DNA of 34,534 nucleotides from Bacteroidota bacterium (GTDB lineage: Bacteria; Bacteroidota; Bacteroidia; Flavobacteriales; Schleiferiaceae): the NCBI GenBank assembly GCA_005786915.1, contig SYCM01000094.1, positions 1 to 34,534 on the forward strand, written 5' to 3'. The notes under the pieces are model-generated. The model had not been told where the DNA came from. It did no database searches and saw only the letters and a program-made list of their open reading frames with translations. Shown here one piece after another: positions 16,188 through 25,678 of this stretch. How positions within the stretch are numbered: the stretch's first letter is position 1; each line of letters begins with the position of its first letter. Both the position numbers and the translations under genes were made by a program.

Positions 16188-16362
16188 GCGCGCAGATAAA
16201 AAAAAAGTAAATCCGGAAAAATCCGAATAGGTAGTGCGAAAAAAATGCCGGGAACTCGCCAACGTCATTAGGTTATATCCGAATTCCCAATTTTTAAAAC
16301 GCCGTTATCCTATAATATATATTATGTTAATTAACAATTCCACCCATCCGCCCTCCAGCCAT

Positions 16363-16386
16363 AAAAAAAGCCCGCACATGGCGGGC
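16363..16386 (-). terminator. Rho-independent terminator downstream of the TPR gene
   Basis: On the minus strand, stem GCCCGC/GCGGGC (16370-16375 with 16381-16386) has a 5-nt loop and is followed by a T7 run (the A-run at 16363-16369 on the plus strand). It lies 24 nt beyond the stop at 16410. Confidence 0.75.
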
Positions 16387-16409
16387 TTCTCTACTCAATC
16401 CTAAGGGAC

Positions 16410-17708
16410 CTACTTCAGCGCGGCGATTTCTGCAGCAATGCGCTTCACATCCTCGTACTTGCTCAACTTGTAGTACACTTCGCGCAGCGCCTCCAGCGTA
16501 CTCAAGTCTTTTGGGTTCACAGCGTACGAACGCTCGAAGTACGACAGCGCCTTTTGGAGCTCGGCATTCTTCTTTTTGTCCAGGTCGTCAAACTGCTTCT
16601 GCGTAGCGTTTCGCGGTAAGCTGTTGATCTGCTCGACGAATTTGTTGCTTTCGTCGATGTACACCAGGCCAAGCATATAAATGGCGTCCACGTACTTTTC
16701 GTCAGCAGCAATCGCCTTTTGGTAGTACTCGATGCCCTTGGCGACGTTCTTTAGTTTTTGGTGGTACAAAAAACCGGCATTGTACAGGTACAGCGGATTG
16801 TTCGGCTCTTTCGTTAGGGCCTCGTCCAGCTTGGCAATGGCGCCCGAAAAGTCCTCGCGGTCGAGGTATGCTTGGAGCTCAAGCTTGAGCAGGTCGTCGT
16901 TCGCCGGAAACTTCGCGCGGGCCACCTTAATCAGGGCGTCAAAATCCGCTACGCGCTTTTCTTCGATGTACATGAACAGGAGGCGCACGTAAAAATCCCC
17001 GAGAATACTCTCGGAACGCTGAGGATCGCTCGCCTTTTCCATCTTGAGGTACATGTCCAGGGTGGCTTTGTCGGGAAACGGGTAGCGCTTGCCGTCTTCC
17101 GCCAGCACGGCAGTCCACTGAATGCCCTTGTATTCGAGTTCGATCAACCTTTTAAACATCGCTTCAGCCTTGGCCTTGTCGCCCAACTCCGACGACAGGT
17201 ATGCGACGTACGACATGTTGGTCGTGTCCAGCTGACCCACCTTGGCGCGGGTGGCCACCGCACGCTCGTAGGCCGATACCGCTGATTTCTTATCGTTTTG
17301 GTTGAAGTTGAAATCTTCAGCCAATTGCACGTAGGCTTGGGCCAGAACTGGGAGCTTTTCCTGCGAAGCCGTACCCAGCTTTACTTTGCCCAGCTTGGTT
17401 TCGTAGTCCAGCAAATCCGAGTACGCGGCCACGGCCTCGTTCAAGGTTTCGAGGTTTTTGCTCGACGGATCGTTGAACAAAGCATAGTACACGTCGCCGC
17501 GGTACAAATAGTACTTCGGCATAAGCTTCGGATTGCGGGCTTCTGGCGCAATCGCGTCAATCCCCTTTTTGGCTTCATCGATGTACTTTTTGGCTTCGGC
17601 GAGGTCGCCGGCGTTCAAGGCAATTTTCGCACTTGAAATGGTGGGGCCGTCTTGGGCCTGCGCCAGGAGCGCAGCGCCAGCAAATGCGGCATAGAGGACC
17701 TTTTTCAT
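16410..17708 (-). CDS. Secreted tetratricopeptide-repeat (TPR) protein
   Basis: Start chosen at the ATG at 17708 (MKKVLYAAFAGAALLAQAQD, a signal peptide). Repeated A..Y..A/L helical pairs occur throughout (AVAAYSDLL, AVSAYERAV, GIEYYQKAI, ALSYFERSY). Confidence 0.75.
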   Translation of the reverse strand: MKKVLYAAFAGAALLAQAQDGPTISSAKIALNAGDLAEAKKYIDEAKKGIDAIAPEARNPKLMPKYYLYRGDVYYALFNDPSSKNLETLNEAVAAYSDLLDYETKLGKVKLGTASQEKLPVLAQAYVQLAEDFNFNQNDKKSAVSAYERAVATRAKVGQLDTTNMSYVAYLSSELGDKAKAEAMFKRLIELEYKGIQWTAVLAEDGKRYPFPDKATLDMYLKMEKASDPQRSESILGDFYVRLLFMYIEEKRVADFDALIKVARAKFPANDDLLKLELQAYLDREDFSGAIAKLDEALTKEPNNPLYLYNAGFLYHQKLKNVAKGIEYYQKAIAADEKYVDAIYMLGLVYIDESNKFVEQINSLPRNATQKQFDDLDKKKNAELQKALSYFERSYAVNPKDLSTLEALREVYYKLSKYEDVKRIAAEIAALK

Positions 17709-17731
17709 AACTACGGATTTAGCGCAAATAT

Positions 17732-17756
17732 AAAGGCCCTGAACCTCGTGGCCTTT
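17732..17756 (-). terminator. Possible gyrA terminator hairpin (weak)
   Basis: AAAGGCC (17732-17738) pairs with GGCCTTT (17750-17756) around an 11-nt loop. On the minus strand it is followed by ATATTT only, so the T-tract is poor. It lies 26 nt after the gyrA stop. Confidence 0.35.
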
Positions 17757-17781
17757 AACCAAATCAAAAAGTTAACGGCGC

Positions 17782-20292
17782 TTATTCCGTGGCCCCGTCT
17801 GCCCCTTCGGCCTCGGGAATCGCTCCCTCGGCACCTTCGATTGCTTCCTCAGGCTCTGAGGCCGGAACTTTGGCTACCGAAGCAATTAATTCGCCCGACT
17901 TGAGATTAATGAGGCGCACCCCTTGGGTAGCGCGGCCCATGACGCGCAAATCAGCAGCCGCCATGCGTATCATGATTCCGCGCTTCGTAGTGATCATCAA
18001 ATCGTCCTCGTCGGTGATGTCTTTGACTGCAATCACGTCGCCGGTTTTGTCGGTGACATTGAGCGTCTTAACACCCTTTCCTCCTCGGTTGGTGATACGG
18101 TAGTCCTCGACCAGCGTGCGCTTTCCGTAGCCGTTTTCGCTCACCACTAAAATGGAATCCTGCTCGCTTTCTGCACACACCATTCCTACCACTTCATCGT
18201 TCTCTGTATCGAGAGCCATGGCGCGCACACCAGACGCTCCACGGCCCATCGGGCGAACCTTCGTTTCAGGGAATCGAATCGCCTTCCCGCTGCGCACCGC
18301 CATGATGATTTCGTTGTTGCCGTTGGTCAAACGGGCCTCCAAAAGGCGGTCTCCGTCGCGGACGCCGATCGCGTGAATTCCGTTGGCGCGCGGACGGCTG
18401 TATGCTTCCAAGGTCGTCTTCTTAATGATGCCCTTGACGGTACACAGTACCACGTAGTGGCTGTTGACGTACTCTTCGTCCTTTAAATCTTTAGTATTGA
18501 TGAAGGCGCGAACCTTGTCGTCGCTCGGCAAGTTGATCAAATTGACGATTGCCTTGCCTTTGCTCGTGCGGTTTCCCTCCGGAATCTCGTATACACGCAA
18601 CCAGAAGCAACGACCTTGTTCGGTAAAGAGCAGCATGTAATTATGGTTCGTGGCTACAAACACGTGCTCAATAAAGTCCTCGTCGCGGGTGGTGGCACCG
18701 CGCGATCCCACTCCTCCTCTACTCTGCGTTTTGTAATCCGTCAGCGGGGTGCGCTTGACGTAGCCCATGTGCGAAATGGTGATGACGACCTCTTCGTCGG
18801 CAATCATGTCTTCCATGCGCATGTCGCCACCCGAAAAGTCAATTTCGGTGCGGCGCTCGTCCCCGTACTTATCCCGAACTTCAATCAGCTCATCTTTAAT
18901 GATTTGCATGCGCAAATCAACTTCGTTCAAAATGCGCTGTAGGTAGGTAATTTGCTCCATGAGCTCGTTGTACTCCGCCTTGATTTTGTCGCGTTCGAGG
19001 CCGGTGAGCTTTTGAAGGCGCAGGTCCAAAATGGCCTTCGCTTGAATTTCGCTGAGGCCAAAATTGCTCATCAAGCCGTCTTTGGCCGCGTCCACCGTTT
19101 CGGAACCGCGAATCAATTTGATTACGGCGTCGAGGTGATCGATGGCGATCAAGAGGCCCTCTAGTACGTGGGCACGCTTTTGCGCCTCGGCGAGTTCATA
19201 CTTCGAGCGGCGAACGACGACCTCGTGGCGGTGCTCCACGAAGTGCTTGATCATGTCCTTTAGGTTGAGCATCATCGGGCGGCCGTTGACCAAGGCAATG
19301 TTGTTCACGCTAAAGCTCGACTGGAGCTGGGTGTACTTGTACAGCTTGTTGAGCACCACATTGGGCACTGCCTCGCGCTTGCACACGTAAACGATGCGCA
19401 TGCCGTTACGGTCCGATTCGTCCCGAATGTCGGCTATGCCGTCCAGCTTTTTCTCGTCGACGAGGTCAGCCGTTTTCTTAATCATCTCGGCCTTGTTGAC
19501 CTGGTACGGAATTTCCGTAACGATGATGCAGTCGCGGCCATTCACCTCTTCAATGTGGGCCTTGGCGCGGAGTACGATGCGCCCGCGTCCGGTTTCAAAG
19601 GCTTCGCGAACACCGTCGTAGCCATATATGGTGCCGCCCGTGGGGAAGTCGGGGGCCGTGATGTGCTTCATCAAATCCACGACTTCGACGTCGTTGTTTT
19701 CGATGTAGGCGACCGTGGCGTTGATCGACTCTGTGAGGTTGTGCGGAGGCATGTTCGTCGCCATACCCACAGCAATACCGGAGGATCCGTTGACGAGAAG
19801 GGCGGGAATCCGGGTAGGAAGAACGGTCGGCTCCTCACGCGAGTCGTCGTAGTTCAGCTTAAAATCCACGGTGTCCTTGTCGATGTCGCGCACCAACTCT
19901 TCGGTAATCTTGCGCATGCGCACTTCGGTGTAGCGCATCGCGGCAGGAGCGTCACCGTCCATCGATCCAAAGTTCCCTTGGCCGTCGACTAGCATGTAGC
20001 GCAGGCTCCACTCTTGGGCCATGCGCACAATGGTGTCGTATATGGCGGAGTCTCCGTGCGGGTGATACTTACCCATCACCTCGCCAACTACTAGTGCCGA
20101 CTTCTTATAGGCTTTGTAGGAGTGGTTGCCCATTTCGTTCATCCCAAAGAGGACGCGGCGGTGAACGGGTTTGAGACCGTCGCGCACGTCGGGGAGGGCG
20201 CGCGAAACAATTACCGACATGGAGTAGTCGATGTAGGAGGTCTTCATCTCCTCCTCAATATTTATAGGTATAATGCGTTCGCCTTCGGCCAT
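17782..20292 (-). CDS. gyrA: DNA gyrase subunit A
   Basis: 836-aa ORF with [19 protein letters not shown], the [12 protein letters not shown] quinolone-resistance-determining region, the active-site AAMRYTE and C-terminal beta-pinwheel repeats. Confidence 0.97.
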   Translation of the reverse strand: MAEGERIIPINIEEEMKTSYIDYSMSVIVSRALPDVRDGLKPVHRRVLFGMNEMGNHSYKAYKKSALVVGEVMGKYHPHGDSAIYDTIVRMAQEWSLRYMLVDGQGNFGSMDGDAPAAMRYTEVRMRKITEELVRDIDKDTVDFKLNYDDSREEPTVLPTRIPALLVNGSSGIAVGMATNMPPHNLTESINATVAYIENNDVEVVDLMKHITAPDFPTGGTIYGYDGVREAFETGRGRIVLRAKAHIEEVNGRDCIIVTEIPYQVNKAEMIKKTADLVDEKKLDGIADIRDESDRNGMRIVYVCKREAVPNVVLNKLYKYTQLQSSFSVNNIALVNGRPMMLNLKDMIKHFVEHRHEVVVRRSKYELAEAQKRAHVLEGLLIAIDHLDAVIKLIRGSETVDAAKDGLMSNFGLSEIQAKAILDLRLQKLTGLERDKIKAEYNELMEQITYLQRILNEVDLRMQIIKDELIEVRDKYGDERRTEIDFSGGDMRMEDMIADEEVVITISHMGYVKRTPLTDYKTQSRGGVGSRGATTRDEDFIEHVFVATNHNYMLLFTEQGRCFWLRVYEIPEGNRTSKGKAIVNLINLPSDDKVRAFINTKDLKDEEYVNSHYVVLCTVKGIIKKTTLEAYSRPRANGIHAIGVRDGDRLLEARLTNGNNEIIMAVRSGKAIRFPETKVRPMGRGASGVRAMALDTENDEVVGMVCAESEQDSILVVSENGYGKRTLVEDYRITNRGGKGVKTLNVTDKTGDVIAVKDITDEDDLMITTKRGIMIRMAAADLRVMGRATQGVRLINLKSGELIASVAKVPASEPEEAIEGAEGAIPEAEGADGATE

Positions 20293-20317
20293 AATGTCAG
20301 TTAACTAGTATATCATT

Positions 20318-20325
20318 CAAAAATA
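20318..20325 (-). promoter_or_regulatory. Candidate gyrA -7 box TATTTTTG
   Basis: The minus-strand sequence TATTTTTG is a perfect TAnnTTTG match ending 26 nt upstream of the gyrA ATG (20292). No clear TTTG -33 partner is present. Confidence 0.4.
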
Positions 20326-20362
20326 CGCGGCGGACCTCGGTTGATGCGCGGCGGAGCCTCGG
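20326..20362. repeat. Two GC-rich direct repeats CGCGGCGGA(G)CCTCGG with 21-bp periodicity
   Basis: The copies lie at 20326-20340 and 20347-20362 and are identical except for one inserted G. They sit in the AT-rich gyrA/clpC divergent region, directly upstream of the candidate gyrA -7 box. Confidence 0.6.
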
Positions 20363-20454
20363 ATTTTCTAGGGTTTTATGCACAATTTGATGTTTATAAA
20401 TAAGACGTCGCATTCCGCGTCGGGACATGGCACAGCATTGGTTACTTTGGGGGT

Positions 20455-23013
20455 ATGGATGAAAATTTCTCTCCCCGAGTCAAGGACGTCATTGGGTACA
20501 GCAAAGAAGAAGCGCTTCGCTTGGGCCACGACAGCATCGGCACGGAACACTTGGTCCTCGGTTTGATCCGTGAAGGAGCGGGTTCCGCCATTGAATTGCT
20601 TCAAGTGTTGGGCGTGGATTTGCTCGAAGTCCGCCACAAGATAGAAGGCCTTCACCAGGCGGTGGAAAACCCCGCGCTGAGCCGCAAGAACATCCCGCTT
20701 ACCCGGCAGGCTGAGAAGGCGCTGAAGACCACTTTTCTCGAGGCCAAGCTGTACGGAAGTCCGGTGATCCGCACGGCCCACCTCCTCCTCTGCATTCTGC
20801 GGAACGAAAACGATCCGGTCGCAGCGGTACTCCGCGGCCTGGGCATCGATTACGAAACCTTGAAGAACGAGTACCAAACCCGGTTCATGGAAGAGCGCAA
20901 GTCCGACCGGGGCAGCAACCCATCGGCCGCCCTCAGCGGCGACGACGACGACGACGAACCGACGCGCGGTAACGCACCCAAGGCCAGCAAGCCTGGGGAC
21001 GCGAAGAGCAAAACGCCCGTACTGGACAATTTTGGCCGCGACCTGACCAAGTTGGCCGAAGAAGACAAGCTGGATCCAGTGGTTGGGCGTGAAAAAGAGA
21101 TCGAGCGCGTGAGCCAGGTGCTGAGCCGCCGCAAGAAAAACAACCCCCTACTCATTGGTGAGCCCGGGGTCGGCAAGTCGGCAATCGCAGAGGGCCTCGC
21201 CCTGAAAATCGTGCAAAAGCAAGTTAGCCGCGTACTCTTTGGCAAGCGCGTCGTCACGCTCGATCTGGCGAGCCTCGTCGCAGGCACGAAGTACCGGGGC
21301 CAGTTCGAGGAGCGCATGAAGGCGCTCATGAATGAGCTGGAGAAAAATGACGACATCATTCTGTTCATCGACGAGATCCACACCATTGTGGGTGCCGGAG
21401 GCGCCACGGGTTCGCTCGACGCAAGTAACATGTTCAAGCCAGCGCTGGCCCGCGGAGAAATTCAGTGCATTGGCGCCACCACACTGGACGAATACCGACA
21501 GTACATTGAAAAAGACGGAGCCCTTGAGCGTCGCTTCCAAAAAGTCACGGTGGATGCACCGAGCCCCGACGAAACCTTCCAAATTCTACAAAACCTCAAA
21601 CCGAAGTACGAGGAGCACCACAACGTCACCTACACCGACGAGGCCCTTGCCGCCTGCGTTTCGCTGACTGTGCGCTACGTGCCCGACCGTTTTTTGCCCG
21701 ACAAGGCTATTGATGCATTGGATGAAGCTGGTAGCCGCGTGCACCTGGGTTCGATTTCGGTCCCCCAAGGCGTTCGCGAACTAGAGGAGCAGCTCGAAGC
21801 CGTCCGCCAGCAAAAAATGGAAGTGGTCAAAAAGCAACGCTACGAGGAGGCGGCCAAGCTCCGTGACGACGAAAAGCAAATTGAGGCGAAATTGGCGCAC
21901 GTTCAGGCCGAATGGGATGAGGAGGTTCGCAAAAACCGCACTCCCGTTACGGAAGACGACATTGCCGAAGTGGTAGCAATGATGACGGGAATACCCGTTC
22001 GCAAAGTGTCTAAAGACGAGCTCGCCAAGCTGGCGGCCATGGAAGCCGACATCAAGAGCAAAATCATCGGGCAGGACGAAGCCGTTCGCAAGGTGGTGCG
22101 GGCCATTCAGCGCAACCGCGCGGGCCTCAAGGATCCGAACAAGCCTGTGGGCTCCTTCATCTTTTTGGGACCGACGGGCGTGGGCAAGACGCAGCTCGCC
22201 AAAGAAATTGCCATTCAGCTGTTTGATTCGGCCGACGCGCTGATTCGCATCGACATGTCGGAATACATGGAGAAGTTTGCGATCACGCGGCTCGTCGGTG
22301 CGCCTCCGGGGTACGTGGGCTATGAAGAAGGTGGACAGCTGACCGAAAAGGTGCGCCGAAAGCCCTACTCGGTGGTACTGCTCGACGAGATTGAAAAAGC
22401 GCACCCTGACGTGTTCAATTTGCTCCTTCAGGCGTTGGACGACGGACACATGACGGATAGCCTTGGGCGCAAGGTCGACTTCAAGAATGCCTTGATCATC
22501 ATGACGTCGAACCTTGGTTCGCGTCAGCTCAAGGACTTTGGCACGGGCGTAGGTTTTGGCACCCGTACGCGACAAGACAACTCCGAAGAGCTGGCCAAGG
22601 GCGTCATCGAAACAGCCCTAAAGAAGGCGTTTGCGCCGGAGTTCCTCAACCGCATCGACGACGTGATTGTGTTTCAGCCTTTGGAAAAGGACGACATCTC
22701 GCGCATCGTGCACATCGAGCTTGAGAGCCTGCTCCGCCGCATGACGGCTTTGGAGTACCACGTGAGCCTCGACGATACGGCGGTGGCGTTCTTGGCCGAA
22801 AAAGGCTTTGATCCTAAGTTTGGGGCGCGTCCGCTTCAGCGGGCTATCCAGCGCTACGTCGAAGACCCCTTGGCCGAAGAAATCGTCAAGGGCGCGTTTC
22901 ACCCGGGCGATACCGTAGTGTTCTCCGGTGAAGAAGGGGCCGAACTGTTGAGTTTGCGCATCACGCCCAAAGAGGTTGCCGAGCCCAGCGCTCCGGCAGA
23001 ATCGAACGATTAG
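20455..23013 (+). CDS. clpC: ATP-dependent Clp protease ATP-binding subunit ClpC (class I AAA+ chaperone)
   Basis: 852-aa ORF with a Clp_N repeat ([13 protein letters not shown] / [13 protein letters not shown]). It has two Walker A motifs ([21 protein letters not shown]) and a short UVR-like middle segment ([12 protein letters not shown]), not the long ClpB M-domain. Confidence 0.92.
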   Translation: MDENFSPRVKDVIGYSKEEALRLGHDSIGTEHLVLGLIREGAGSAIELLQVLGVDLLEVRHKIEGLHQAVENPALSRKNIPLTRQAEKALKTTFLEAKLYGSPVIRTAHLLLCILRNENDPVAAVLRGLGIDYETLKNEYQTRFMEERKSDRGSNPSAALSGDDDDDEPTRGNAPKASKPGDAKSKTPVLDNFGRDLTKLAEEDKLDPVVGREKEIERVSQVLSRRKKNNPLLIGEPGVGKSAIAEGLALKIVQKQVSRVLFGKRVVTLDLASLVAGTKYRGQFEERMKALMNELEKNDDIILFIDEIHTIVGAGGATGSLDASNMFKPALARGEIQCIGATTLDEYRQYIEKDGALERRFQKVTVDAPSPDETFQILQNLKPKYEEHHNVTYTDEALAACVSLTVRYVPDRFLPDKAIDALDEAGSRVHLGSISVPQGVRELEEQLEAVRQQKMEVVKKQRYEEAAKLRDDEKQIEAKLAHVQAEWDEEVRKNRTPVTEDDIAEVVAMMTGIPVRKVSKDELAKLAAMEADIKSKIIGQDEAVRKVVRAIQRNRAGLKDPNKPVGSFIFLGPTGVGKTQLAKEIAIQLFDSADALIRIDMSEYMEKFAITRLVGAPPGYVGYEEGGQLTEKVRRKPYSVVLLDEIEKAHPDVFNLLLQALDDGHMTDSLGRKVDFKNALIIMTSNLGSRQLKDFGTGVGFGTRTRQDNSEELAKGVIETALKKAFAPEFLNRIDDVIVFQPLEKDDISRIVHIELESLLRRMTALEYHVSLDDTAVAFLAEKGFDPKFGARPLQRAIQRYVEDPLAEEIVKGAFHPGDTVVFSGEEGAELLSLRITPKEVAEPSAPAESND

Positions 23014-23276
23014 AGGCTGATGAGCCCGGGGATTCCCTGAGCTTGTCGGTAGCGCTCTACGACCGCATCCACGCTGATCATCAGCTCCTTAGCGGTAAAA
23101 GACACGTAGTTGCCTTTCGAAGAGGGCCGCAGCGAAAGCTCAGCCACTTCAGGATCAAACAGCTGTTCAAGCTTCGCGATCGACTCGTTGTGGGCCGGAC
23201 AAATGAATTTAAACATATACAGCGCGGGCCAGGTGTAGTTTTGCTCCAGTAGTTCGCGAAATTTGACTTCCTCCAT
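23010..23276 (-). CDS. DUF493 (YbeD-like) small protein
   Basis: The track ORF 23010..23474 has an implausible N-terminus, so I chose the ATG at 23276 (MEEVKFRELLEQNYTWPALYMFKFICP...KGNYVSFTAKE...), giving 88 aa typical of the family. Its stop overlaps the clpC stop by 4 nt. Confidence 0.7.
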   Translation of the reverse strand: MEEVKFRELLEQNYTWPALYMFKFICPAHNESIAKLEQLFDPEVAELSLRPSSKGNYVSFTAKELMISVDAVVERYRQAQGIPGLISL

Positions 23277-23826
23277 GATCCAAAGTAACAGCACAACCCG
23301 TAGAATCGTTCTTACCGGCGCCCCCTCCACCGGTAAAACCTCTGTGGTGGCGCGGCTACAGGAGATGGGATACCCTGTGCTGCACGAGATTTCACGCGAC
23401 ATCATCACCCAAGAAGGCACCAAGCTGGGCGGCGAGGACCCTTGGCGAAATTTATTGGCATTTTCTGAAGTCATCTGGAAGCTGCGAAGCGCCCAACACC
23501 GAGAAGCGGCTCAGTACGTCGGTGACGTCTTTTTTGACCGAAGCTTGCTGGACACCCTTAGCTACCTACAAGCGGGCGACAAACCCATTCCCGAGTGGAT
23601 GGACCCTACCCCCTTCCCCTACCACTACAAAGTGTTCATTTTTCCGCCCTGGGAAGCCATTTACCGAACCGACGACGCCCGATGGGAGCCCTTTGAAACC
23701 GCGGTTCAAGTGCACGAATCGCTGGTGTCTACCTACTCTTCGTTGGGATACGAACTGATTGAGGTTCCGCGCAAGTCGGTCGAAGAACGCGTCGAGTTCA
23801 TTTTGAATGTCGTCCAGCGCACCTGA
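23275..23826 (+). CDS. AAA_28/NadR-like P-loop ATPase
   Basis: Start at the ATG at 23275 (MIQSN...); the TTG at 23263 is the track start. It has Walker A LTGAPSTGKTS and FFDRSLLDTLSY. The 3' end overlaps recQ by 20 nt. Confidence 0.65.
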   Translation: MIQSNSTTRRIVLTGAPSTGKTSVVARLQEMGYPVLHEISRDIITQEGTKLGGEDPWRNLLAFSEVIWKLRSAQHREAAQYVGDVFFDRSLLDTLSYLQAGDKPIPEWMDPTPFPYHYKVFIFPPWEAIYRTDDARWEPFETAVQVHESLVSTYSSLGYELIEVPRKSVEERVEFILNVVQRT

Positions 23827-25663
23827 CCGCCTTTCGGCCGTACTCTCCTCGGTTTGGGGCTACGCGGACTTTCGACCGCTGCAGCGACCCATTGCCGAAT
23901 CGGTACTCTCGGGCCGCGACACCGTGGCCCTGTTGCCCACCGGGGGCGGCAAGTCGCTGTGCTTTCAAGTACCCGGATTGGTCCTCGGCGGCACCACGGT
24001 GGTGGTTTCTCCGCTCATCTCGCTCATGGCGGACCAGGTTCAGCAGCTCGTACAGCGCGGAATCGACGCGCGCTCCTTGGCCGGCGACCTCAAGCCCGCC
24101 GACTGGATGCGGTTGCAGCAGCACCCTCCTCAGTTCGCCTACGTTTCGCCCGAACGGGCCCAATCCAAGAACTTCCTGGCCGTAATGGAGCACTGGGATG
24201 TGCGGATTCTGGCGGTCGACGAGGCCCACTGCGTCAGCCAGTGGGGGCACGACTTTAGGCCGCAGTACTTGCTCCTTCGTTCCCTGCGCAATGCCTTGCC
24301 GGGAATCCCCTGCCTCGCCCTGACCGCCTCGGCGACGCCCGAAGTGCTGCGCGACATCGTGGCGTCGCTTGGGCTGCAAGAAGCCCAGGTGTTTCAAGCA
24401 TCGTTTGCGCGTCCCAATCTGAGTTGGACGGTGCGCGTAGTTCCCGACGTAGTTCAGGCCTGCGTAGCGTCTTTGCGTCCCGAGGACGGTCGGCAAATCG
24501 TCTACGTGCGGAGCCGCGCCGGCGCGGCCAAATGGGCCGACGCCCTTCGGCAGCGCCGCATCCCCGCGGCGGCCTACCATGCGGGTCTTTCACGGGAGGA
24601 GCGCATGCGGCTGCAGACGGCATGGTCTCAAGGCGAGGTCCGCACGATGGTGGCCACCACGGCCTTTGGAATGGGCATCGACCAACCCAACGTTCGCCAA
24701 GTGGTGCACGTCGAAGTGCCCGAGAGTCCTGAGGCCCTCTACCAAGAAATGGGACGCGGAGGCCGAGACGGCCAGCCCGCTCATGCCCTCGTACTGCTCG
24801 ACGCGAAGTCCTTGGACCAATTCCGCCGCAAAATGGAGCGCAGCATGCCCGAGTTCTCGACCTGGGTGCGTCAGTACCACGAACTCGCCAGCAGGGCCCA
24901 AATTGCGGTAGGCGACGGACCTGGGGTAGCGCTCAAGCCGCAGTCGCCCGCTGAAGACCTGCTGCTCCGCATAATGGCGCGCAAGGGGCTCGCCGATGCC
25001 ATGGAAGGGCTTGAAACCAGCGTGCGGGTCCAGCTGCGCTACGGCGGCAGCGACCTCGTCGACGTTGCCGAGGCCAACCCGAAATACTCCGAACTGCTGT
25101 ATGCCCTGGCTCGCAAAGTTCCCGGAGTGGTGCACCACGCCGAAACCGTCGACCTCAGTGCGCTGGCGAGCTTTGGGTCGTGGACCCTTGCCGAGGTGCG
25201 CTCCCTCCTGTTTTCAGCCGCCGATTTAGGCCTGCTAGATGCCGAATCTGGGGCGTCGGGGAGCGCCTACCGCTGGATGCATCCGCGCTACCCCCAGCCG
25301 ACCAGCCCCATACCTAAATCTGAATGGGAAGTCGACCGAAACCGTATTCTACGGCGGGCGCGAGCCGTGTTGGCCGTGCTCGATCCGCACGCGGTGGCAT
25401 GCCGTTTTGTGCAGCTCCTCGCCTACTTTGGCGAGGAGGGCAGTGATTGCGGACAGTGCGATGTGTGTACGCGCCGCGACCAACCTAATGATGCCGAACG
25501 CCAATTGCTCGACGCCCTTCGGTCAGCTCCCGATCAACGGATGCAGATTGCCGCAGCCGCCCAGCTGCTCCCCTTGTCTCGGCCCGCGTTCCTGACGCTC
25601 CTCACCCAGGGTTGCGAGTGGGGATGGTGGAACGTGGACGCCGACGGATGGATGCGGCTTTAA
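23807..25663 (+). CDS. recQ: RecQ-family ATP-dependent DNA helicase (atypical C-terminal architecture)
   Basis: 618-aa ORF with FRPLQ, LLPTGGGKSLCFQVP, AVDEAHCVSQWGHDFRP, LTASAT, TTAFGMGID and QEMGRGGRDG. A Cys cluster CRF-x13-CGQCDVC lies near residues 532-554. Confidence 0.88.
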   Translation: MSSSAPDRLSAVLSSVWGYADFRPLQRPIAESVLSGRDTVALLPTGGGKSLCFQVPGLVLGGTTVVVSPLISLMADQVQQLVQRGIDARSLAGDLKPADWMRLQQHPPQFAYVSPERAQSKNFLAVMEHWDVRILAVDEAHCVSQWGHDFRPQYLLLRSLRNALPGIPCLALTASATPEVLRDIVASLGLQEAQVFQASFARPNLSWTVRVVPDVVQACVASLRPEDGRQIVYVRSRAGAAKWADALRQRRIPAAAYHAGLSREERMRLQTAWSQGEVRTMVATTAFGMGIDQPNVRQVVHVEVPESPEALYQEMGRGGRDGQPAHALVLLDAKSLDQFRRKMERSMPEFSTWVRQYHELASRAQIAVGDGPGVALKPQSPAEDLLLRIMARKGLADAMEGLETSVRVQLRYGGSDLVDVAEANPKYSELLYALARKVPGVVHHAETVDLSALASFGSWTLAEVRSLLFSAADLGLLDAESGASGSAYRWMHPRYPQPTSPIPKSEWEVDRNRILRRARAVLAVLDPHAVACRFVQLLAYFGEEGSDCGQCDVCTRRDQPNDAERQLLDALRSAPDQRMQIAAAAQLLPLSRPAFLTLLTQGCEWGWWNVDADGWMRL

Positions 25664-25678
25664 CGCGACCTTTGCCCC

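Noticed and set aside
16312-16325. 14-bp perfect palindrome ATAATATATATTAT
   Set aside because: AT-only palindromes of this length arise readily by chance in AT-rich spacers. It is mentioned only as part of the unexplained tract.
16327-16339. 13-nt exact inverted match TTAATTAACAATT with 8374-8386 (AATTGTTAATTAA)
   Set aside because: It is AT-only and partly self-palindromic (TTAATTAA). My rough estimate is that several such 13-mer matches are expected by chance among the AT-rich spacers of a 35-kb window.
20941-20955. (GAC)5 trinucleotide repeat in clpC
   Set aside because: It is short and in frame, encoding the DDDDD stretch of a low-complexity N-domain/D1 linker. Nothing indicates variation or a regulatory role.
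21781-22575. 264-aa minus-strand ORF inside clpC, and the 20368..20877 and 20850..21437 ORFs
   Set aside because: They are antisense to clpC AAA+ domains, have no recognisable motifs, and show composition typical of a reverse frame.
23798-24580. 260-aa minus-strand ORF antisense to recQ
   Set aside because: The translation is Gly/Arg/Ala-rich and the ORF is nested within helicase motifs I-III of recQ.
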